The translations under genes were made by a program, and so were the position numbers. A stretch of 64,000 nucleotides of DNA from Clostridia bacterium (GTDB lineage Bacteria; Bacillota; Clostridia; JAAYHZ01): assembly GCA_050950825.1 (NCBI GenBank), contig JBMNIH010000002.1, positions 224,001-288,000 on the forward strand, written 5' to 3'. Shown here piece after piece: positions 50,062-58,795 of the stretch (its first letter is position 1; each line of letters starts with the position of its first letter). The notes beneath the pieces were generated by a model. That model worked only from the letters and a program-made list of their open reading frames with translations, did not search any database and was not told the origin of the DNA.

Positions 50062-50121
50062 ATTGTTATTTTACCATAAATCCCTTGCTTCTTGGGCATC
50101 GGGATTTATTTTTTATCAATT

Positions 50122-50169
50122 AAAAAGAGGCTGTGCACTATTTCTTTTTAGTGCAACAGCCCCTTTTTT
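50122..50169. terminator. Terminator hairpin at the IS1182 boundary
   Basis: AAAAAGAGGCTGTGCACTA...TAGTGCAACAGCCCCTTTTTT. Confidence 0.7.
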
Positions 50170-50170
50170 A

Positions 50171-52204
50171 TTACCAATTCATATAATTCGGTTCTTCTTC
50201 CGCCGGTTGACTTGCCTTTGTCGAAAAAATCCGATTAATGGATTTTTTATCGTCCGTATTCTTAAAGGTATGCACAACTCCCGGTTCCAAATACATTATG
50301 GCCCTATCGCGGGCATAGTCGGCGAGAAAATAATCCTTTTTCGGTTTCGGATCGATTTGAGAAATTTTTCTTCCGTGAAGAGGAAGAATGATGACTTCGT
50401 CTTGCCAAGTAAATATGTATCCGGTGTCGTTCTCCTCCGTAGGATAATAGATTACCGTTTCTCCTTTTATCGTCATTCCGTTGATTTTATCCCCGTCTTT
50501 TAAAACCCAATTCCCGAAGCTATCCATATACACCCTGCCGTTTGGTCTGAATTTGGTCATTTGCAGAAGATTACCTAACTGTCGCTTTTGCTCGATCGAA
50601 AATTCGTTTCTATGGTCCGGATTTCCGTAAATGTAGCTTCCGTTCGGATACTTTGCAAAATCATGAAATTGCTTCAGATAATAAATGGAAGGAACGGCGT
50701 ACAAAGCGGCACTGATGTAATGGGCTTTTATCCACCGGGTGAACATCAAAGCACCGTCCGAATCAATAGGTAAATCGGGGCATCCTAAGCTTGCAATCCT
50801 TGCTCTCATCTCTTTTTCGATAACGCCACAGTGGGTATCGTGCAAGCGATTAAAGTCGATGACGTGCTCAAATCTCGGATCTCCCACTGTTGCGTTGATC
50901 AATACGTCCGGTTTTACCTTCTTCGCTTCTTCGTAAAACATTTCATAGAATAAAAGCAGTTCCCTCATCCCGATTCCTTTTTCCGGGTTTTCGTAAGAAC
51001 GGGTTACGGCAGGATCTCGTAAAAGCCCCAAAAAGTCCAACTTGATTCCGTCTGCGTTGTACTGACCTTCCTCGTCACCGAATAGAACCCGGACAACCTC
51101 TCGTATAAATTGCCTTGCATTGTTCGAGGTGTAGTCGATGGCATAACAGCCGGGGAAGCTTTTAAAGTAGGGCGACTTGTATTCATAATCCGTCAAAACA
51201 CCGAGTCTTTGTGTCCTTGTCGTAAAGCCGTTAGTTATTTTGTCAAACAAAGGCGTTTGCCAAAGGATAACGCGATGGCCTCTATCATGCAAGGAATCGA
51301 TGAGACCTCGAAAATCGGGGAATCGATTTTTATCCGCTATCGGTTCAAAGGCATGAGGCGGCTGCCACGAATCGTCGATGATTAAGTTGATGTTCTTCAT
51401 TCCCCACTCTTCTTCCGCAATTCGCACTTGCTCCAAAACCCATTTTTCATCGATGAATTGTCCGACTTTTCTTTCTAACATTTGGTCGCCATAGGTACAA
51501 ACAAACGGATTCTTCCACCAGTCGGGAAGCTCGGTGAACTTTCTTTTTTGAGGCTTGTACAGCCCGAATTCAAAAAGCTTATTCCGAAATACGGTAACGG
51601 CATCCCATTCGTCCTCGGGAAAGGTAATGAGGATACCGGGCATACGGTAGACACCGCCTTGGGGTATGACTTTATTACCGCCGCAGCTTTCCACCAAAAC
51701 GGAATGATCCTCGTCCATTTTGCATGTTTTTGAATCCGGAATGTCCAAAAGACCGAAGGATACCCAACCGTAAGGACTGCCGATGGAAAACGACAGCAGG
51801 CAAGGAGAAAAGTATCCGTTTTGAGAAATGTCCGGCAGCCGATGGTAATAGTCCATATTCTTACCGCCGTTGTTTCGAGGCTGCGGGCAAAAAGCTCGGT
51901 CAATGCCTTTCAAGTCGACGGTTCGGACTCCGTCGGTAAATATGCGGGCTTGAAAGATAGGCGTTTTTTCTTCGAATGTTTTTTCGTATCGAACGATTAT
52001 ACAGTCATCGTATAAATCGAAAGTCATGGTTTCGAAGTCCGATGAAAAACGTATGGTATTTTCATCGGTTGTTTGTCGGGTAAAACGAGAGAAAACCTTG
52101 TTCACCGAGGCCGAAGCCGGAAGGGACAAAAAATCCTTGCCGTTTCTCTTCAAAGTCAAGACATTGTCTTCGATAATGCAATCGTATTTTCCTTTCTTGA
52201 TCAT
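50171..52204 (-). CDS. Clan GH-D glycoside hydrolase (GH31/GH36-like TIM barrel)
   Basis: IIDDSWQ, RFPD, GIKLDF (nucleophile) and RLHD (acid/base) motifs. Confidence 0.7.
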   Translation of the reverse strand: MIKKGKYDCIIEDNVLTLKRNGKDFLSLPASASVNKVFSRFTRQTTDENTIRFSSDFETMTFDLYDDCIIVRYEKTFEEKTPIFQARIFTDGVRTVDLKGIDRAFCPQPRNNGGKNMDYYHRLPDISQNGYFSPCLLSFSIGSPYGWVSFGLLDIPDSKTCKMDEDHSVLVESCGGNKVIPQGGVYRMPGILITFPEDEWDAVTVFRNKLFEFGLYKPQKRKFTELPDWWKNPFVCTYGDQMLERKVGQFIDEKWVLEQVRIAEEEWGMKNINLIIDDSWQPPHAFEPIADKNRFPDFRGLIDSLHDRGHRVILWQTPLFDKITNGFTTRTQRLGVLTDYEYKSPYFKSFPGCYAIDYTSNNARQFIREVVRVLFGDEEGQYNADGIKLDFLGLLRDPAVTRSYENPEKGIGMRELLLFYEMFYEEAKKVKPDVLINATVGDPRFEHVIDFNRLHDTHCGVIEKEMRARIASLGCPDLPIDSDGALMFTRWIKAHYISAALYAVPSIYYLKQFHDFAKYPNGSYIYGNPDHRNEFSIEQKRQLGNLLQMTKFRPNGRVYMDSFGNWVLKDGDKINGMTIKGETVIYYPTEENDTGYIFTWQDEVIILPLHGRKISQIDPKPKKDYFLADYARDRAIMYLEPGVVHTFKNTDDKKSINRIFSTKASQPAEEEPNYMNW

Positions 52205-52221
52205 CACAACCTCCAATGTTT

Positions 52222-53358
52222 TTAGCCTTTTCTTCCGTGGATTCGATAGTAGTTCAAGCCCTCGATCAGCGTTTTTATATTCTCCCATTTCACTCCGGGT
52301 ACCAAGGAACTGGACAAACCCAATATGAGGCCGTTCTTAGGACCGTTTTCCACCAAGAATTTTAATTCTTTTTTCACATCCTCCGGTGTACCGAAGGGCA
52401 GGGTGACGGTTACCGAAACGCCTGCTTGAATCACCAATTCCTCTCCGTCTCTTGCTTTCATTTTACATAGCTTCACGTAATCGATACCGTCTTCGTATTG
52501 GAAGCCTTGGAATCCCTTAATGCCGCATTCCAAAAGATAGGGCACCATAGGCATAATGTTGCCGTCGCAATGCCAAATGACCGTTACCCCTGCATCGATA
52601 ACGGGACGGAAGCATTTTTCAAAATACGGAAACCATATTTTCTCCATGCTTTTGATATTCACCAAGGTCCCCCTGGAATCGGTCATATCGTGGTCCGCTC
52701 GATACAAAGGAGGAAGCTTGTATTGTTTATACATCTTGGCAACCGCCTTGTTTTTAAGATAAGCCAATTCGCTTTGCAATTTGAAATCCCGCTCTATGAT
52801 TTCGGGATACAGAGCATAGGCACAAAAATAGTTTACATACCCGTATGTACCGTATCGCATGTACGGGAAAGGACAGAACCCGTAACCGGTTCTCAGAATA
52901 TCCTCCCCGAACAACCGTTGAATCTCCGTTTCTCGTTGTATGACATCCCGGATATATTGCTCTTCGTCGAATTCTTGTATGGCTTTTTTCAAACCGGGGA
53001 AAATAAATTTCTCCATATGGGCGACAACATCCTCCGGAGATTCGATTTTCATGTTGCTCACGATAATTTCTTTTGCTCCGGTGGTTGCGCTTCTTCCTCC
53101 CTCGTATCCGTAATCGCCCATGGACAGGGGATTTTCCGGTATGAATTGGTCGATTATATCGACGTTCATATTTTTTTGGGCTTTCAAGTACACATGAACC
53201 GGGTCTTTCTCGTAGCTTCCCGGGAGTACTTTTGCAATTCTTTCAATGACGCTGTGCTGCATAATATGAAGCAAAGCAATGGGAATCATGGAGGAAGGTT
53301 TTCGCATGATAGTATCCATAACATGCCGTTTCTTTTCACAATAATACGAAAAATCCAT
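52222..53358 (-). CDS. Uroporphyrinogen-decarboxylase-fold protein (URO-D/MtaA-like)
   Basis: WHCDGN, GVSVTVTLPFGTPEDV and WENI motifs. Confidence 0.72.
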   Translation of the reverse strand: MDFSYYCEKKRHVMDTIMRKPSSMIPIALLHIMQHSVIERIAKVLPGSYEKDPVHVYLKAQKNMNVDIIDQFIPENPLSMGDYGYEGGRSATTGAKEIIVSNMKIESPEDVVAHMEKFIFPGLKKAIQEFDEEQYIRDVIQRETEIQRLFGEDILRTGYGFCPFPYMRYGTYGYVNYFCAYALYPEIIERDFKLQSELAYLKNKAVAKMYKQYKLPPLYRADHDMTDSRGTLVNIKSMEKIWFPYFEKCFRPVIDAGVTVIWHCDGNIMPMVPYLLECGIKGFQGFQYEDGIDYVKLCKMKARDGEELVIQAGVSVTVTLPFGTPEDVKKELKFLVENGPKNGLILGLSSSLVPGVKWENIKTLIEGLNYYRIHGRKG

Positions 53359-53424
53359 GGTATGTATCCTCCCGTTTTTACAGGATAGCAATATCGGCAT
53401 TTTCCAACCTTATTTCATCATATT

Positions 53425-54036
53425 TTATTCTTTCTCCTTCGTCAATGAGGACACGGAAGATTTGTAAGCAAAATACAACGCTTCCCAATCCTGAAGAAAA
53501 TACGGCAAAAGATTCGGCCTTCTTACAACGGCAAGAGGGTGGTAGGAAACAAATACGGAAAATCCTTTCGTGTTATGAACCTTTCCTCGAAAGCATTTTA
53601 CCGAGGCTTCCTTTTCTTCAAAAAAGCTTTGTACTGCCGTATCCCCTAAGCAAAATATATAATCGGGTTTTTGAAGCTCGAGCTGAAGGAAAAGATGCTT
53701 CATGCAATTATTTCTCGCCTCTTGTTTGTTATACTTTCTTCTCGGACGGCATTTTAGGATATATGTGACAAATAGGTCATCCGGTTTAAATCCGACTTTA
53801 TGCGCTGCATATTGGAGCATACGCCTTGTGCCGCAAACAAAAGGATTCCCTTCCTTATCTTCTCGCTCTCCCGGATTATCCAATAGAACCGTAATCGAAG
53901 CCTGCGGGTTTCCCTCTCCCCAAATCATTCTTTTTCTTTGTTTATATAATTCGCACCTTTGGCAATCCGTCATTTCCGAAGGTATGACGGCTTCCGGCCA
54001 AAGAAAAGAAGAAAATGTCGATTCCATCTTATACAC
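53425..54036 (-). CDS. Uracil-DNA glycosylase, family 4-like (4Fe-4S)
   Basis: CQRCEL, WGEGN, PFVCG, KCRP and YHP motifs. Confidence 0.8.
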   Translation of the reverse strand: MYKMESTFSSFLWPEAVIPSEMTDCQRCELYKQRKRMIWGEGNPQASITVLLDNPGEREDKEGNPFVCGTRRMLQYAAHKVGFKPDDLFVTYILKCRPRRKYNKQEARNNCMKHLFLQLELQKPDYIFCLGDTAVQSFFEEKEASVKCFRGKVHNTKGFSVFVSYHPLAVVRRPNLLPYFLQDWEALYFAYKSSVSSLTKEKE

Positions 54037-54191
54037 TCCGATTCACTGCAATTTTAAGGCATGGAAAAATTAAATTGTCTTTTTTTTTTATTATTTATTC
54101 CTCAATCTTTCTATGGGTAAAACCGATAGCGTTTTCTATCATAAAAATCTTATGCATAAATTACAAAAAACGCATGGAATAATATCGAAGC

Positions 54192-54691
54192 GATAGTGTC
54201 AACTTACTGTAGGGAAAAAATGAATAGATAACATCCTGAATTTTTGTTAGAGCAACACTTCTATGGGAATGCTGCTAATAGCAAGAATCCCTCATATCAT
54301 CTGCCGAAAGGAACAGACTCTTCACGTATTTATGGTTGTTGTCTACCAGATTATATCACATCAACACCGCCTTTTGTAAAAAGTTGGGTTTTCCCTACGA
54401 TCTTATCCACACAAGCCTCTTAACCATTTCAATTCATTGTATAAACAGGTTTTATACCCTTTCGCAAAAACCGTTAGTTTACTGTTCCATACGTTTTCAT
54501 AACCGCTTGATAATCTCCTCAATTCTTTTACCGGTATGTCTTTGTTCTTCTCGTTTTTTGACCGCCGCTTTTCTTAGCTTTTGTGCCATAACCAAGTCAT
54601 ATACCCTTCCGCCGTTCTTTGTATATATCAATAGCTTTGACATCTTTTCTACACCGATTTTAGACCATCCTCTAGGTCGTGTACTCAAACG
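54192..54691 (-). mobile_element. ISLre2 copy 3: diverged 3'-end remnant (500 bp)
   Basis: Same IR and 3' region as copies 1 and 2 with substitutions and a frameshift; fused to a lyase fragment. Confidence 0.88.
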
Positions 54692-55468
54692 ATGGGTATC
54701 GGAAAAACTTTTAAAGCCGTTTCCGCAACCTGTCCCGAAGCCGTCGGAGGTCATCGGTTTGAAAGAACCCTTTTGCTTTCCGATATTTCGTCAAAAGATT
54801 GCTACATAATCGATGTTTTTCGAACCGAAGAAGGTTCCGGCGGTAACCGGGATCGGTACGGCTGCATAATAAATATTCAAACGGACACCTCCATAAAAGA
54901 GCAATGGCATGTTACATGGGAAATTGACGATTCCTATTACCAAATGCATCATGGAGATTTGCCGGTTTATTTAGAATATACCGATGTCAGCGGTCCTTCC
55001 ACGGTCATTTTGTGTGAATCTTGGGTGGATTTATGGAGAGATAAAAAAGACAGCAAAGGAACCGACCGAATGGGAGATTGGATACCTATGTTAATTACAA
55101 GGAAAACCGGACCGGAAGGGCTAAGTTCCGTATGCGTAAGTGTCATCGAGCCATACGAAGGACGGACGAATATATTTTCCGTAAAAAGATATTCCGCGAC
55201 GGATTTTAACGGTACCGATTCGGAAAGCAACGTGGCAATAGTAATTTTATTGGAAAACGGTTTAAAAGTCTTTATCGTATTTACGGACCAAGAACCTGAG
55301 AATCGACAAGATGATCAAAATATTTTCGGGTTCCTCAATGGGATCACTATGAAAAACTTGAAGGTGAAGTGTTATCACTGAACGAATCTTTTTGAAGTAC
55401 ATATAAAGAACGGAAAAATCGATTGCATGGAAGGAAATCCGGAGATACCGGTGGAAATTTCATATTAA
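54692..55468 (+). pseudogene. C-terminal remnant of a heparinase II/III-like paralog
   Basis: Aligns by eye to about 60610-61579 (GKTFKA..CPEA, WEIDDSYY, LCESWVDLWR) with internal deletions and a stop. Confidence 0.85.
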
Positions 55469-55622
55469 AAGAAAAAACTCATTTCCCTTTTACTGTTTTG
55501 TTAGGTAAAATGATATAATAATAGCAACATATGGGTGATTAAGATTGCAGTATATGTACTAACGTTGCATTCAAGGCATGTTAACTGTTCCCCGATCCGT
55601 GATGCTTATATAATCTTTATTT

Positions 55623-56588
55623 TTGTATCCTTATAAAGAAAGGGTAACTAAAAGGAAAGAACAATCCGCTCTTCATAAAATAGACGCTATGTTGGGTCAA
55701 TACCATAAGTTTGATGTGTCTCTTACTCCCCTTGTACTGAAGGTTTATTTACCGATTATTCAATTCTCCGATATTCCGGTGAATACCTATCATAACGTAA
55801 GACACAATCACAGCAATTATGAATTGCAGTTTTTTGTTGAAGGGAACGATCTCGTAGAGATTAATAATTACGTTATTCCGATTTCCAATAACAGCCTTCT
55901 TCTCATTACCCCCGGCGAATACCACCGACAAAAAATGACCGAATGTTGCGCTTTAAAGTACTGTATACGTTTTGATTATATGATCACCGATAAAACGTTG
56001 AGTGTTCATGAGGTTCCATGGTGCACCGAAATCATAAAAATCCTCACGGAGTCGCCTTTTCTACATATTGAAAATTGCGATATGTTACTTCATTTCTTTA
56101 ACCAAATTCGTGAAGAGTCTCAAAAAAAAGGATTGTTTTATTTCGAAAGAATTCACGTACTTTTATCGGATCTTTTTATTTCAATTTTCCGATTGATTGC
56201 CGATAAGTTTCACGGACATCAATCCGATAACCGAGACATTGAAAAAGAAGATTTGGTTTTGGACCTGTTTTTTGAAGAGCTATATTCCATACCGACATTA
56301 ACGGCGGAAGATATGGCATTACATATCGGTATCAGCGTACGACATTTGAACCGCTTGTTAAAAAAGAACTATAACCTTACGTTCCGACAGAAGCTGACAG
56401 CAACACGAATCGAAGTCTCGAAAGGACTTTTAAAAAGCACGGACCTGTCTATCGAAGATATCTCCGAAAAAACCGGTTTTTCCTCCGTAGAGTATTTTTA
56501 TAAATGCTTCAAACATAACACCGGGATGACTCCAGGAGAATTCAAAAGAGAAAGCATAAAGAATTGTTTTCACGAATCTACTTTTTAA
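55623..56588 (+). CDS. AraC-family regulator
   Basis: Cupin HNHSNYEL; HTH ISVRHLNRLLK..GFSSVEYF..GMTPGEF; exact start uncertain. Confidence 0.9.
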   Translation: MYPYKERVTKRKEQSALHKIDAMLGQYHKFDVSLTPLVLKVYLPIIQFSDIPVNTYHNVRHNHSNYELQFFVEGNDLVEINNYVIPISNNSLLLITPGEYHRQKMTECCALKYCIRFDYMITDKTLSVHEVPWCTEIIKILTESPFLHIENCDMLLHFFNQIREESQKKGLFYFERIHVLLSDLFISIFRLIADKFHGHQSDNRDIEKEDLVLDLFFEELYSIPTLTAEDMALHIGISVRHLNRLLKKNYNLTFRQKLTATRIEVSKGLLKSTDLSIEDISEKTGFSSVEYFYKCFKHNTGMTPGEFKRESIKNCFHESTF

Positions 56589-56812
56589 ATTAATTCTCTC
56601 ATCCATCAATGTCGAATACCTATTTCCCTCATAGATTGCAATAAATCAATATAGCCAATATCAAAGTCCTTGCAAACCTTACACACCCCGTTAACTGCAA
56701 TTTTTAGACATGAAAATTTTAAATTGTCTAGTACTTCCATTATGTCCGGAAACCCTCCCCGCTAGTATGAAAATAGATGACTGTAACCGTATGAATTACA
56801 GGAGGTGCTAAA

Positions 56813-58633
56813 ATGAGAAAATGGTTGAGTGTCCTATTAGCTTTTCTTATACCGGTTTCCCTCATATCGTGTTCAAAAGCCGATAAAGATGTCGCTCAAA
56901 CAACGACAACCCAAACGGCCCAAGTAACGGAAGAAGAGCCGAATCCTTTCGAAGAATTCTACGAAATTACTTGGTTAACACAGTTGAATGCGGACTGGAA
57001 AGACGGAAGATGGGATGAATTGGAGTTAGAAGAAATGTTCAACATAGACCTGAAAGTATGGCCTATGGACTCCTACAATGACTATGAAAGCGTAGCAGCC
57101 CTTATTGCCGCGGGAGAAATTGCAGATTTCATGCGTATCCCCCGTGCGCCTATGGAACCTTGGCAAATGTACGAACAAAAATTAATTCGTTCCATTCCTC
57201 TGGAAATGTTCAAAAATTATTTGCCGGGCTACTATCGTCTGTTGGAAATGATGCCCATCGGATTCAAGTACAATTTGGTTGACGGTACAACCGACCAATA
57301 TTTAGGTATAACCAATATTGGCTTTGCGTCGGCACAATACTTTTACGATGCTACCGCCGTGAATTTGGATTGGTTGGAAGCCATCGGCTACAGCATACCG
57401 GAGGCGGATTTGAAACCGATTAAAATTCCTACGGAGGGTTATGAGAAGTGGAGCAATCAGCTTTTTGTAACGGACGGGAAATTCACCTTTGAAGAAATGA
57501 ACGATATGCTTAAGAAGTTTACCGAAAACGATCCTGACGGAAACGGACAAGACGATACCTTTGGTATGCTCTATCTCCCGGAAGCGGCGGACTCGAATAT
57601 GACCCAAGAAGGATTGTTCGGCTTCTGTCATGAGCCTAATTACCTGTACAAAGATCCGGTCACAGGAGATATTGTTCCGAGAGAAGCCTATACGCCCTAT
57701 CGTGATTACCTGCTTTGGATTTCGGAATCCTTGACCAAAGGTTACATCCAAAGACTTCCCGGAATTGAATCTTGGTATACCGAATACCAACAATTAACAC
57801 GAACCAATAAAATCGGAATTATTCAAATCCATAGGGACGGCTATCTTTACCCCACGAATTCGACCTATGCAAACCTTCCTCCTCAAAGCATTTTACTGGA
57901 TACGGATCCTACCGCTCGTTTTGTTATCGGGCCCATGTTCTACGGACCGTACGGTACGAAAAACGGTATGGCCTACAGCATTGACACCTTCGGTACCGGT
58001 GCCGCCCGCGTTGAGATGATCGGCGGACAAGTAGACGACGGAAAACTGGAAAGAATACTTCGAATGCTGCAGTACATCATTTACACAAGTGAAGACATAT
58101 TCTATCGTTATCATTTGGGTATCGAAGGCATTCATTGGAAATGGGCCGGAGAACCTTATCAAAGTGCAAAAATTATTGTTCCTCAAGAAGATCTTCCCGA
58201 ACAATACAGAGGAAACACAAAAGTGTTTACATGCTGGCTAATGCAGTGGCCTACAGCGGAAGCTGACGCATATAACGCGTTAACCCACGGTTATTGGTCC
58301 ATGCCCGCATTTATGTATGCCTATGATCTGTATGAAAAGTATGCTTTAAAACCTGCAAAATACATATCGGAAGTATACATGGGAAAAGACTTGTATATGC
58401 AATACAGAGAAATCCGCGACAAGGTCAGCGACCAAATGGCAGTGGTAGCGGCGGATTTTAAGCAACGTGCATTAACCGGCCAAATTACGGATATACGAAG
58501 CGAATGGTCACAATATATTGACCAATTATATGCCGCAGGCCTTCAAGAACTGGTGGATAAGATCTTTAACAATCCGGCTTACGAGCCCTATGACCCGGGC
58601 GATAAGTTTAAAATCAAGGGACCGTTGTATTAG
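56813..58633 (+). CDS. Extracellular solute-binding lipoprotein
   Basis: Lipobox LISC, DPDGNGQDDTFG and GIEGIHW; SD AGGAGG. Confidence 0.83.
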   Translation: MRKWLSVLLAFLIPVSLISCSKADKDVAQTTTTQTAQVTEEEPNPFEEFYEITWLTQLNADWKDGRWDELELEEMFNIDLKVWPMDSYNDYESVAALIAAGEIADFMRIPRAPMEPWQMYEQKLIRSIPLEMFKNYLPGYYRLLEMMPIGFKYNLVDGTTDQYLGITNIGFASAQYFYDATAVNLDWLEAIGYSIPEADLKPIKIPTEGYEKWSNQLFVTDGKFTFEEMNDMLKKFTENDPDGNGQDDTFGMLYLPEAADSNMTQEGLFGFCHEPNYLYKDPVTGDIVPREAYTPYRDYLLWISESLTKGYIQRLPGIESWYTEYQQLTRTNKIGIIQIHRDGYLYPTNSTYANLPPQSILLDTDPTARFVIGPMFYGPYGTKNGMAYSIDTFGTGAARVEMIGGQVDDGKLERILRMLQYIIYTSEDIFYRYHLGIEGIHWKWAGEPYQSAKIIVPQEDLPEQYRGNTKVFTCWLMQWPTAEADAYNALTHGYWSMPAFMYAYDLYEKYALKPAKYISEVYMGKDLYMQYREIRDKVSDQMAVVAADFKQRALTGQITDIRSEWSQYIDQLYAAGLQELVDKIFNNPAYEPYDPGDKFKIKGPLY

Positions 58634-58645
58634 TCCGTTTTGTAT

Positions 58646-58674
58646 GGGAGCAGTCATATTATTCGGCTGCTCCT
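58646..58674 (+). other. Intergenic stem-loop after the SBP gene (mRNA-stabilising or weak terminator)
   Basis: GGAGCAGTC...GGCTGCTCC. Confidence 0.5.
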
Positions 58675-58795
58675 GTTCCATCCAATATTCTTCAGTCTAC
58701 GGTAGCGACTGTTGTGGAATCAATCTGTGGTCTTGTATAATTAATTTAAGTCTGACGGAGGTATGCCGTGGAGGCTTGTTCTGCGGCGAGATAAT

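Noticed and set aside
52498-53388. 296-aa + strand ORF (and similar ORFs at 23526, 24288, 48474, 57302)
   Set aside because: Antisense shadows of well-supported genes, with no recognisable motifs.
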